From positions 352,001-416,000 of the forward strand of contig CAWETW010000002.1 in assembly GCA_963812155.1 (NCBI GenBank): 64,000 bases of DNA. The letters run 5' to 3'. Below, piece after piece: positions 48,056 to 57,477 of the stretch; position 1 is the first letter of the stretch; each line of letters starts with the position of its first letter. The DNA comes from Vulcanimicrobiota bacterium (GTDB taxonomy: Bacteria > Vulcanimicrobiota > Vulcanimicrobiia > Vulcanimicrobiales > Vulcanimicrobiaceae). Below the pieces are notes generated by a model that saw only the letters and a list, made by a program, of their open reading frames with translations, ran no database searches and was not told where the DNA came from. A program made the position numbers and the translations under genes.

Positions 48056-49462
48056 ATGACGCTTCGAATCCGGGCGCTCCTGGCCGCGCTCATCCTCGTC
48101 GCCGTGGCCGGCGCCGGCGCGTTTTTCATCGCGCACCGCACGGCTGCCGTGGCTCAACAAAACTACGACGTTGCAACCACCGGCGACGTGCGCGATCTTT
48201 TCTCACCGGTTGGATCGGGAAGCGCGCAGGTGGCCGGATTGGCGGTCCGCAAGCTGGAGGAAAGCTACTACAAGCCGGTCGACCCCGACGCGATCGTCGC
48301 CGGCGAGCAGAGCGCGCTGCGCGCCTATTTGAAATCGAAGAACGTCGCGAACGTTACGCTGCCGTCCGAAAACGCCGGCGGGAATGCGGCCCAAGACGCC
48401 GATCTCGCCGTGAGCCACCTCGCATACGCGCAACTGCACTACGCCGGCAAACTCGGCACGTCGGGCCGTAACGATCTTTCGGAAGCGGCGCTGCACGGCA
48501 TCATGAACTCGCTGAAAGATCCGTACACCGTCTATCTGTCGGCCCGCGACTATCAGGGGCTGCACGAGTCGCTGAGCGGCGGCAACTTCGGCGGAATCGG
48601 CGTTTACATCTATCAACTCAAAGACGGCCGGATCGTCGTGCGCCCGCTCGAACAAATGCCGGCCGCTCGCGCGGGCATGAAGGTCGGCGAAGTCGTTGAC
48701 ACCGTCGGCGGAAAACCGGTGCGCGGGCTCGCGCTCGACCGCGTCGAGGCGTTGATTCGCGGCGTGCCCGGCTCGACCGTTCAAATGACGACGCACCCGT
48801 TCAAAGGCGGCGGTCGCGAACACTCGTACGCGATCGTCCGCGAAGTGATCCACGTTCCGTCGGTGCACGCCAAGATGGAAAACGGTATCGAATACGTGCA
48901 ACTCAGCGATTTCGGCGAAACGTCCGGCGACGAAGTCCGGACGGCGATGCTCGACGGACACGCGAAGGGCGCCAAGGGCTACATTCTCGACTTGCGCGAC
49001 AACGGCGGCGGCTTCCTCGAAACGGCGGTGCAGATTTCCAGTCTCTTCGTTCCGCAGGGAACGATCGTTTCGACGATCCGGCGCGATGGCCAGCGCACGA
49101 CGAGCGAGGCACTCGGCACGGCGATTCCCGGTCTGCAGCCGCTGGTGATTCTCGTCAACAAGTACACGGCGAGCGCGTCGGAGATTACCGCCGGCGCACT
49201 TCAGGATTATCACTTGGCAACGCTCGTAGGCACGAAAACCTTTGGAAAGGGCGTCGTCCAGAGCATCTACCCGATGCCCGATCAGGGCGCGTTGAAGATC
49301 ACGACCGCGCGATACGTGACACCGCTCGGACGCGACATCCAGCACCGCGGCATCGAACCCGACGTCGTCGTCAACCAAGACGTCGATCCCGCCCTCATCG
49401 ACACGCCGGCCGACAAACAACTGGCGGCGGCGAAGGCACGCTTACGCTCTCTTAACCGTTAA
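48056..49462 (+). CDS. S41 C-terminal processing peptidase (CtpA-like) 1
   Basis: DPYTVY, PDZ, DLRDNGGG, TASASEI, GKGVVQ. Confidence 0.94.
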   Translation: MTLRIRALLAALILVAVAGAGAFFIAHRTAAVAQQNYDVATTGDVRDLFSPVGSGSAQVAGLAVRKLEESYYKPVDPDAIVAGEQSALRAYLKSKNVANVTLPSENAGGNAAQDADLAVSHLAYAQLHYAGKLGTSGRNDLSEAALHGIMNSLKDPYTVYLSARDYQGLHESLSGGNFGGIGVYIYQLKDGRIVVRPLEQMPAARAGMKVGEVVDTVGGKPVRGLALDRVEALIRGVPGSTVQMTTHPFKGGGREHSYAIVREVIHVPSVHAKMENGIEYVQLSDFGETSGDEVRTAMLDGHAKGAKGYILDLRDNGGGFLETAVQISSLFVPQGTIVSTIRRDGQRTTSEALGTAIPGLQPLVILVNKYTASASEITAGALQDYHLATLVGTKTFGKGVVQSIYPMPDQGALKITTARYVTPLGRDIQHRGIEPDVVVNQDVDPALIDTPADKQLAAAKARLRSLNR

Positions 49463-49471
49463 TTGGAAGAT

Positions 49472-50842
49472 ATGAAACGCTTTCTCGCATCCTTCATCGG
49501 CGCGTTCTTCGCAACCACGCTGATCGCGTTACCGGCGGCCTCCAGCACGCCCGCGGCTGCGCCGACGCATCTTTCTCCCTCGGACGCCGGCGAAATCGCC
49601 GTCGGCTACCAGCATCTCACGAGCGACTTCTACAAACACGTCGAACCGCAGACCGTGTTGAACCAGGTTCGCACGCAGCTGCTGGCGGCGATGCGAACCG
49701 CCGGCATTTCGAACGCGTCGCTGCCGGTGATGAAATCCACCGACGCGAGCGGAGCTAACCTTCGCAGCATCGACCGTGAGGTTGAACTGGCGGCCGGCGA
49801 GTCGCACGCGAAGTTCACCACCCACGAACTCGCCTATCTGACGCTCGATGCGATGATGCGTTCCGTCGGAGACCGCTACACCGTCTTTCTCACCCCCAAA
49901 GAATTCGCCGGACTGAACCAAGATCTCGACGGCGGCGATTTCGGTGGAACCGGCATCGTCATTCAAATCGACGATCAGACGAAATATATTCTGGTCGAAA
50001 ACGTCGTGCCCGACGGACCCGCCGACAAGGCCGGCATCGAGCAAGACGATCTCATTACGGCGATCGACGGAAAATCCACCAAAGGCCTCTCGGTGCAGCA
50101 AGCCAGCGAGAAGCTGCGCGGCAAGGAGGGCACGCCGGTCAGCCTCACCATGCAGCGTGACGGCGCGGCGCTCTCCGCTCCGATTGCCATCGTGCGCGCC
50201 AAGATCCACCAACTCAGCGTGTACGAAAAGATGCTCCCGGGCAAAATCGGCTACGTCGAGTTGACGGTCTTCGGCCGCGACACCGGTGCCGAACTCACGC
50301 AAGCGCTCACGCGCCTGCAGCAGCAAGGCGCGAAGGCGGTCGTGCTCGACCTGCGCGACAACGGCGGCGGTTATCTGGAAGCGGCCGTCGCGGTCAGTTC
50401 CAAATTCATTTCGAGCGGACCGATCGTCTCGGTCGAGTCGCGCGCTTCAAACATTACCACGCTCGAGGCTGACGATACGGCAATCGACCCGCTGCCGCTG
50501 GTCGTGCTCGTAAACGGATACACCGCCTCCGCATCCGAGATTACGTCGGGTGCGATCCAGGACAGCGGTGTCGGCACGATCATGGGAACCAAGACCTTCG
50601 GGAAAGGCGTCGTCCAGACGATCTATCCGCTACCCGACGGTTCGGCCGTCAAGATCACGACGGCGCGCTATCTCACGCCGCGCAACCGCGACATCAACCA
50701 TCTCGGCATCACGCCCGACGTCGTCATCGGCGAAAACAAGCATCCGCAGTACGGAACGCCGGCCAAGGACGACCAACTCGAACGCGCGCTTCAGTATCTC
50801 AACGAGAAATTAGCCAAATTGAGCGCCGAAAACGGCGCCTAA
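49472..50842 (+). CDS. S41 C-terminal processing peptidase (CtpA-like) 2
   Basis: DRYTVF, PDZ, DLRDNGGG, TASASEI, GKGVVQ. Confidence 0.94.
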   Translation: MKRFLASFIGAFFATTLIALPAASSTPAAAPTHLSPSDAGEIAVGYQHLTSDFYKHVEPQTVLNQVRTQLLAAMRTAGISNASLPVMKSTDASGANLRSIDREVELAAGESHAKFTTHELAYLTLDAMMRSVGDRYTVFLTPKEFAGLNQDLDGGDFGGTGIVIQIDDQTKYILVENVVPDGPADKAGIEQDDLITAIDGKSTKGLSVQQASEKLRGKEGTPVSLTMQRDGAALSAPIAIVRAKIHQLSVYEKMLPGKIGYVELTVFGRDTGAELTQALTRLQQQGAKAVVLDLRDNGGGYLEAAVAVSSKFISSGPIVSVESRASNITTLEADDTAIDPLPLVVLVNGYTASASEITSGAIQDSGVGTIMGTKTFGKGVVQTIYPLPDGSAVKITTARYLTPRNRDINHLGITPDVVIGENKHPQYGTPAKDDQLERALQYLNEKLAKLSAENGA

Positions 50843-50848
50843 TTAGAA

Positions 50849-50951
50849 GGGAAGCTCGGATTTAGCTCAACTCGTTGTCAACGAGGGCCTCCTTTACCGT
50901 AGTAAACTTCAGCCCTCGTTTCCTAGATTTGAGCGAAATCTGAGCTTCCTT
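50849..50951. repeat. ~101-bp palindromic ERIC/RPE-like element, copy A
   Basis: GGAAGCTCGGATTT...AAATCTGAGCTTCC termini, inner CGAGGGC/GCCCTCG, central TTTAC-CGTA-GTAAA; between convergent genes. Confidence 0.8.
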
Positions 50952-50965
50952 AAGACACAGCCCTT

Positions 50966-53581
50966 TTACGTGAGTTTTTTCTTGGCGGCCGGCGCGGCCG
51001 CTTTTTTCTTTCGCGTCGCCGGCGTTTTCTTTGCCGCGGGTTTTTTCGCCTTAGCCGGCGCTTCGCCGGTTTCCGCAACGGCTTTCTTGCGCGTACGTTT
51101 CGGCTTTGCTTCGGCTGCGGGTAACGCCGCGATCGCCACGCTCTGCAGTTTCTTGGGCGCTGCCGCAGGCTCGGCGGCGGTGCGACGGCGCCGTGCGGGT
51201 TTGGTTTTCGCAGGCTCTTCGCGAACGGCCGCGAGGCTCGGCGGAGGCGCTTCGACCGCCGGCGCGGCCGGGCGCCTGCGGTCCAGCGCGCGCGACGGTT
51301 CGCGCGGAGCCGTCCGGCCGGTCGGGGCGGCGGCGCCGTCGGAACCAACGCGGAAGATGTGGCGGTCGGGCATGGGGCGCTGCGGGAGCGACCCCGTCAT
51401 CGGCTCGACCCCATCGCCCGCTTGCGATCCGCCACGGCCGCGGCGGCGCCGGCGCCGCCGGTGGCGCTTAGCATCGCCGGCGAGTCCGTCGATCGGTGAA
51501 GCCGCGTGAGGCGGTTCGGCATCGCTGCTTTCCACCCGCTCCGGCGCTGCCTTGACGTCGGTGGTCTGAAAGGGCGCGTCGTTTGCGCGTCCGCCCCGCC
51601 CCCGGCGCCCGCGGCGGCGGCGGCGGCGTTTGTGCCCGTCGCCCTCCTCGCCCTCGCCGTGGCGGATCTCGCCGCGCGAAATGATGATCGCATCGGCCTG
51701 CTCCTCACCGCGCCGCTCCGCCAAGAGCGCTTTGTCCTGCGCCTCCTCTTCCTCGGTTGCGGTGGTGATGCCGATCGGGGGCCGCGCCGACGCGTGATGC
51801 GCCGCCTCTTCGGCGAGTTCGCGTAACTGCTTGGCCTGTTCGGCCGCCGTCGGCGCGGCTTTGCCGCGACCGCGCCGGCGTTTCTTCGCCGCCGAAACGC
51901 CGGCCGTTACGAGTTCGGCCAGCACGTAATCCTGTTCGTCGTCGACGTCGAGCACGCGAATGCGCGCCGTGTTGCCGGCACTGTTGGCACCGTTCTCCAC
52001 CTCGACCACGCGGTTGGCGACCACGGCCGCCGCCGACGTCGGATTTGGAAGACGTCCGGGAAGCAGTTCGACGTCGTGCTCGTCGCCAACGCGAACCACT
52101 TGGCCCGGCGCCTCGTGGAGGCGTCCGAGGTCGATGCGCGACTTTTCGGGATGCAGCATTGGGTCGACGCGCACGTGGATCGGATGGCCGAGCCGCCGAG
52201 CGAGTTCCTCGCACTCGTCCTCGTACCAAAAATCCATCTGCGTCGCCACGGTTGGCGCGACGTAGGCCACGATCTGACCCGCGCCGTTTCCGGAGCTGCG
52301 GATGTGGCGGAACGTTTCGATCGCGACCGACTGTGCGGACATCACGCTGCCCATGCCCGAACACGTCGGACACGACCCTCGCAGTTGCGCGCCCAGATCC
52401 TTTCCGACGCGCTTGCGCGTGAACTCGAGCAACCCGAGATTCGAAAAGGATTGAATGGTTGCGCGCGTGCGGTCGCGACGCAGGCCGTCTTCCAGCGCTT
52501 TGATGACTTTGCTGCGCGACGCTTCCGACGCCATGTCGATAAAGTCGACGACGATGATGCCCCCGATGTCGCGCAGGCGCACTTGACGGGCCAGTTCGCG
52601 CGCGGCTTCCAGGTTCGTGGTAAGGATCGTATCTTCGAGATTGCGGCCGCCGGTGAACTTCCCGGAGTTGACGTCGATGACGGTCAACGCTTCGGTGGAT
52701 TCGATCACGATCGACCCGCCCGAAGGCAGATTGATCTTCGGTTTCATGAGCTTCTGCAGCTCCTCGCCGATGTGGAAATCTTCGAACAGCGACGCGCCGC
52801 CGTTATAGTGCTCGACGCGGTCGAGATACTGCGGCCCGAGCAACTGCAGAAAGTCGCGAACCTTGCGGTACTCTTCTTCGTCGTCGATCAGCACGCGCTC
52901 GACGTCGGCGGTGATGAAGTCGCGCGCCGCCTTGTAGATGAGGTTCATGTCTTTGTGCAGCAGCGAGGGTGCCGGAGCGCGTTTGTAGGTCTCCAGAATT
53001 CCGTGCCACATGCGAATGAGCACGCCGAGATCCGCGATGAGTTCGGCTTCGCTCACGCCCGCGGCCGCGGTTCGCACGACGGTCGCCATGCCTTCGGGAC
53101 GGATGCGCTTCATCACGCCCTTGAGCCGGTCGCGTTCCTGCGCCGATTCGATCTTGCGCGAGACGCCCGAATACTTGCCGGTCGGCATCAGAATCAAGTA
53201 GCGGCCAGGCAGGGAGATGTTCGTCGAAATGCGGGCGCCCTTGAGGCCGCGCGGCTCCTTGACGATTTGGACGAGAATGTCGTCGCCGCGCTTGACTTTC
53301 TCGCCGATCGTGAAGCCGCTATGGCCTTGCGTGATCTCGACGTCGCCGATGTTGAGCGGCTGCTTGTTGATGTCGTCGACGTACAGGAAGGCGTTTCGCC
53401 CCAGCCCGATGTCGACGAACGCCGCTCCCATTCCGGGCAGCACGTTCTGGACTTTTCCTTTGAAGATCGAGCCGATGACTTTCTCTTCGCGCTCGATGTA
53501 GAGTTCGGCGAGATCGCCGTTCTCTAAGATGGCGACCCTGTTTTCCCACGGGTCACTCGAGATCAAAATCTCGGTCGACAA
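50966..53581 (-). CDS. Rne/Rng family ribonuclease with long low-complexity C-terminus
   Basis: GKVQNVLPGMGAAFVDIG, TEALTVIDVNSG, RQVRLRDIGGIIVVDFIDM, CPTCSG Zn-link; Arg-rich tracts. Confidence 0.94.
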   Translation of the reverse strand: MSTEILISSDPWENRVAILENGDLAELYIEREEKVIGSIFKGKVQNVLPGMGAAFVDIGLGRNAFLYVDDINKQPLNIGDVEITQGHSGFTIGEKVKRGDDILVQIVKEPRGLKGARISTNISLPGRYLILMPTGKYSGVSRKIESAQERDRLKGVMKRIRPEGMATVVRTAAAGVSEAELIADLGVLIRMWHGILETYKRAPAPSLLHKDMNLIYKAARDFITADVERVLIDDEEEYRKVRDFLQLLGPQYLDRVEHYNGGASLFEDFHIGEELQKLMKPKINLPSGGSIVIESTEALTVIDVNSGKFTGGRNLEDTILTTNLEAARELARQVRLRDIGGIIVVDFIDMASEASRSKVIKALEDGLRRDRTRATIQSFSNLGLLEFTRKRVGKDLGAQLRGSCPTCSGMGSVMSAQSVAIETFRHIRSSGNGAGQIVAYVAPTVATQMDFWYEDECEELARRLGHPIHVRVDPMLHPEKSRIDLGRLHEAPGQVVRVGDEHDVELLPGRLPNPTSAAAVVANRVVEVENGANSAGNTARIRVLDVDDEQDYVLAELVTAGVSAAKKRRRGRGKAAPTAAEQAKQLRELAEEAAHHASARPPIGITTATEEEEAQDKALLAERRGEEQADAIIISRGEIRHGEGEEGDGHKRRRRRRGRRGRGGRANDAPFQTTDVKAAPERVESSDAEPPHAASPIDGLAGDAKRHRRRRRRRGRGGSQAGDGVEPMTGSLPQRPMPDRHIFRVGSDGAAAPTGRTAPREPSRALDRRRPAAPAVEAPPPSLAAVREEPAKTKPARRRRTAAEPAAAPKKLQSVAIAALPAAEAKPKRTRKKAVAETGEAPAKAKKPAAKKTPATRKKKAAAPAAKKKLT

Positions 53582-53787
53582 AATTGTCCTCTAGCCGTTC
53601 GGATCGCACCGGCGCGCCGGTCTTTTGCAGCCGCTGCGCCGCAACTCGGCGGGGGCAAAAGTCCCCGCGGTCGCGGTTCGCTGCGGGCGACGCTTGGCGT
53701 CGCGACGGGCAACCCTAGAAAAAATTTTTTGAAAAAGGCGGTTCCGGCGGGGTCCTTTCCCGCCGGTCCGGAACCGGACCTTCCCAC

Positions 53788-54187
53788 ATGAGAACCGTCG
53801 GAAGGTGGGCGTTCGTTGCACTCCTCTTCAGTGCGGCCGCCGCATGCAGCCGTGGCCCGGGCCCCTCGCGCATTGCCGACCCCCTACCTGGGCACGCTGC
53901 TGGACGACACCCTCGTCGAGGCTTCGACGACGGTCCTCGTGACCAAGCGCGACGTCGTCATCGCCTTGAATTGTGCCCCGCTCGCCGGCGCGATCGCCGC
54001 GAACGACGAACCGGCTATCGATCGGGCCGTCGCAGACAAAGCGGTCGCCCGCCTACCGGCCGGCGTGACCATTTACACGCCTCCTTTCTCGGCGCAGAAC
54101 CCGCGTGCGGCGCCGCTCGTCGTCACCGACGACAAGCACGCCGGGCGGCTCTGCACGCCCAACGCTTACGACGTCGTCAAGCAGTAG
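53788..54187 (+). CDS. Hypothetical lipoprotein; one indel at ~53860
   Basis: MRTVGRWAFVALLFSAAAAC signal joins frame LPTPYLGTLLDD...LCTPNAYDVVKQ. Confidence 0.6.
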
Positions 54188-54196
54188 CGGCGACGA

Positions 54197-55330
54197 TTAG
54201 GCGTTTCCGAGCACGTCGCGGTCGCGCTGGGAGTGAACGTTGAGCAGGATGCCGACCGCGGCGAAGCCGGTGAGGATTGCCGAACCCCCAAACGAGACGA
54301 AGGGCAGCGGAATGCCCGTGATCGGCATGATCCCGACCGTCATTCCGACGTTCACGAGGATGTGGAAGAAGAACATCCCCACCAGCCCACCCGCGAGAAG
54401 AAACCCGAACCGGTCGCGCGCCGCAAGCAGGCTGCGCACCGCGCCGTAGAGCAGCACGCCGTAAATCGCGAGCAGCCCAATCGCCCCGGCAAAGCCCCAT
54501 TCTTCTGCGAGCACGGTGAAGATAAAATCGGTGGAGTTTTCCGGCACGAAGTTCAGCTGCGTCTGCGTGCCGTGATATAACCCGCGCCCGAACAACTCGC
54601 CGCTTCCTACCGCGATCTTCGACTGATTGAGACTGTAGCCCGAACCGAGCGGGTCGAGCTTCGGATTGAGAAAGACGAAGAGCCGCGCCTTTTGGAACGG
54701 TTTGAGGACGGCGTTCGTGCCGATCGCGACGGCGGCCACGAGCAGCACGCCCAACGCGTACACGGCGAAGTCGCCGAGCTTGGGCAAGCCGAGAAAGAGT
54801 TGCGCCGTCAGGATCGCGAGCAGCACCAGCGCCGTGCCCAGATCGGGCTGCTTGAGAATCAGCAGCGCGGGAATTGCGACCGTGAGCAGCGGTTTCCAGA
54901 GATCTTGCAGCTTATCGTAACGGCCGCGGCAAAGCACCGCGGCCAGCGATATGGCCAGCACGAGTTTGGCCGGCTCCGACGGTTGAAACGTACCGAGCGG
55001 TCCCAGCGAGATCCAGCGCTGCGCGCCGAGCGCGCTGTGGCCGCCCCGCAAAATAAAGAGCAGCAACAGCAGGTTGACGACGTAGAGTCCGGGCGCCCAA
55101 CGCTGCCAGTTGCGGTAATCCACGAGCGAGACGACGACCATGAGCACGACGCCCAAACAGATGTAGAGAATCTGCCGGTGGGCTTCGCCGGCGAACTGCG
55201 CGTTGTGCAGGCTCGCCGATCCGATGCAGACGACGCCGATCGCGGTCGCGGCAACGGCCGCGATTGCCAGCGGCCAATTGTAATTCCGTAGGAACCGCCT
55301 GGTTCCGGTGCCGAGGGTGAGCGTGGCCAC
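54197..55330 (-). CDS. rodA: Rod shape-determining protein RodA
   Basis: GAQRWI, FQPSE, QPDLGT, GYSLNQSKIAVGSG, TDFIF, GIPLPFVSFGGS. Confidence 0.95.
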   Translation of the reverse strand: MATLTLGTGTRRFLRNYNWPLAIAAVAATAIGVVCIGSASLHNAQFAGEAHRQILYICLGVVLMVVVSLVDYRNWQRWAPGLYVVNLLLLLFILRGGHSALGAQRWISLGPLGTFQPSEPAKLVLAISLAAVLCRGRYDKLQDLWKPLLTVAIPALLILKQPDLGTALVLLAILTAQLFLGLPKLGDFAVYALGVLLVAAVAIGTNAVLKPFQKARLFVFLNPKLDPLGSGYSLNQSKIAVGSGELFGRGLYHGTQTQLNFVPENSTDFIFTVLAEEWGFAGAIGLLAIYGVLLYGAVRSLLAARDRFGFLLAGGLVGMFFFHILVNVGMTVGIMPITGIPLPFVSFGGSAILTGFAAVGILLNVHSQRDRDVLGNA

Positions 55331-55361
55331 GCGCTACCGTTCGAGCGCGCCGGACGAGCGC

Positions 55362-55831
55362 CTACGGTGCGGCGGCAGCCGCCGCTTTGGATTTTTTGCG
55401 CCGGCGGCGCTTGCGTTTCGCCGGCGTCGCGGGTGGCGTCTCCGCGGACGGCGTCTCCACGGCCGGCGTCTCCGCCGACGGCGTTCCGTGACCGTTCGAA
55501 GCGGCAACGCTGACGGCCGCGATGGGTTCCGGCGGCGCGCCGGCCGCCGGCTCGGCCGCGACCGCGTGTCCGTTGGTGCGGTTCACCGCGAGTGATCGGA
55601 ATGTTCGCGAGCATGGCCAAGCGTCCGGTCTTGCTGCTCGAACGTGACGTCGATTCGCTCGCGGTCGACTTCGACGTAGCGTGAGATCACGTCCACGAGA
55701 TCGCGTTTCATCGCGTCGATCATCTCGGGCGCGAGTGCCAGATGATCGGTCATCAAAACGAGGCGCAGGCGTTCCTTGGCCGTCGAGCTCGATCCGGACT
55801 GACCGAAAAGGCGTTTGAGAAAATCGATCAT
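55362..55831 (-). CDS. minE: MinE with long C-terminal extension; two indels at ~55590-55620
   Basis: SSSTAKERLRLVL, LVDVISRYVEVD, then MLANIPI in a shifted frame, then Pro/Ala-rich tail ending KRKRRRRKKSKAAAAAAP. Confidence 0.85.
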
Positions 55832-56684
55832 GCCCGCTTACCTCCGAAGATCGAGCCGATGCGCTCGAGGAGGCTGCGGTTCTCCCGGGGCATCGGCGCG
55901 GGAACGTCTTCGCCGGCGACGCGCGCCGCAATCGCGCGATACGCGGCGCCCGTAGGCGCGTCGTCGCGCAGCGCCAGCGGTTCGCCGCGATTGGTCGCGA
56001 CGATGATTTCCGGCTCGTCGGCGATCACACCGAGCAGCGGGAGCCGCAGAATCGCGTTGACGTCGTCGACCGAAAGCATCTTGCCTTTCTTGACGAGATG
56101 CGGACGCAGGCGGTTGATGATGAGTTGCGGCTTGAACGCGTTGCCGAGCAATCCGACGACGCGATCGACGTCGCGAACGGCCGAGACCTCGGGCGTGCAG
56201 ACGACGATCGCCTCGTCGGCGCCGACGACGGCGTTTTTGAAGCCCAGTTCGATGCCGGCGGGCGAATCGATCAGCACGTAGTCGAAACGTTCGCGCAGAC
56301 CGTGCGACGAGCGCGCGCATCTTCTCGGTGTCGACGTCTTCTTTTTCGCGCGCCTGCGCCGCGGCCAGCAGACGCAGCGTGGGCGCGTGCTTGTCCGGTA
56401 CGAGCGCATCGTCGAGCGTCACCTTGCCTTCGAGCACGTCGAGCAGGTGATGCTTGACGCGGCTTTCGAGGCCGAGCACGATGTCGAGATTGCGCAATCC
56501 GACGTCGGCATCGACCAGCACGACCGACGCGCCGCGTTGCGCGAGCGCGGTGCCGAGATTGGCGGTCGTCGTCGTCTTGCCGACGCCGCCTTTGCCCGAC
56601 GTGATGACGATCGCGCGGCCCAGCGCGCGCCGGCTGAGCTTGCGCCGCCGTATCGTCGCGCTCTTGCGGAATGAGAACGTGCAT
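55828..56684 (-). CDS. minD: Septum site-determining ATPase MinD, copy 2; indels at ~56625 and ~56300
   Basis: ITSGKGGVGKTTTTAN, DADVGLRNLD, IDSPAGIE, amphipathic tail SLLERIGSIFG. Confidence 0.88.
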
Positions 56685-56685
56685 G

Positions 56686-57477
56686 CTACCCCGCTTTCAG
56701 GGCGTCGATCAGACGCCCGAAGAATCCTTGGCCCGCGAAACTCGTGAACGGCACGATCTCGCCCTCGAGCCGGCGTGCGATCTTGTCGTAGATAGTGCGC
56801 ACGCGGCTGTTCGGGTCGAGCACGACGGGTTCGCCGCGATTGGTCGTGTCGATGATCTCTTCGTCGTCGGGAACGATGCCGAGCAGTTCGACTGCCAGAA
56901 TTTCGCAGACGTCGTCGACCGAGAGCATGTCGCCGCTGCGCACCATTTCGGCACGCAGGCGGTTGACGATCAGCCGAATCGGCTTTCCGCGATCGTCCAG
57001 TTTGCCGACGACGCGGTCGGCGTCGCGAATCGCGCTGACCTCGGGCGTCGTCACGACGATCGCTTCGGCCGCGCCGGCGACCGCGTTGCGAAAGCCCGTT
57101 TCGATGCCGGCGGGACAGTCGATCAGCACGTAATCGCTTGTTCGGCCGCACGCTCGACGATCGACGCAAACTGCTCCTCGGAGATCGCATCCTTCTCGCG
57201 CGTCTGCGCGGCCGGCAGAATCGAGAGCGACTCGAAGCGTTTGTCTTTGATCAGCGCCTGACGCAGCTGGCAGCGTCCTTCGGCGACTTCGACGAGATCG
57301 AAGACGATGCGCTTCTCCAATCCCGAGCACGAGATCGAGATTGCGCAATCCGATGTCGGCGTCGATGAGAATGACGCGCTTGCCGCGCTTGGCGAGCGCG
57401 GCACCGAGATTGGCGGTCGTCGTCGTCTTTCCGACGCCGCCTTTGCCGGAGGTGATGACGATCCGCCGCGCGTTCAC
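56686..57477 (-). CDS. minD: Septum site-determining ATPase MinD, copy 1; indels at ~57320 and ~57140
   Basis: ITSGKGGVGKTTTTAN, DADIGLRNLD, IDCPAGIE, amphipathic tail GFFGRLIDALK. Confidence 0.9.
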   Translation of the reverse strand: MNARRIVITSGKGGVGKTTTTANLGAALAKRGKRVILIDADIGLRNLDLVLGIGEAHRLRSRRSRRRTLPAASGADQRQTLRVALDSAGRADAREGCDLRGAVCVDRRACGRTSDYVLIDCPAGIETGFRNAVAGAAEAIVVTTPEVSAIRDADRVVGKLDDRGKPIRLIVNRLRAEMVRSGDMLSVDDVCEILAVELLGIVPDDEEIIDTTNRGEPVVLDPNSRVRTIYDKIARRLEGEIVPFTSFAGQGFFGRLIDALKAG

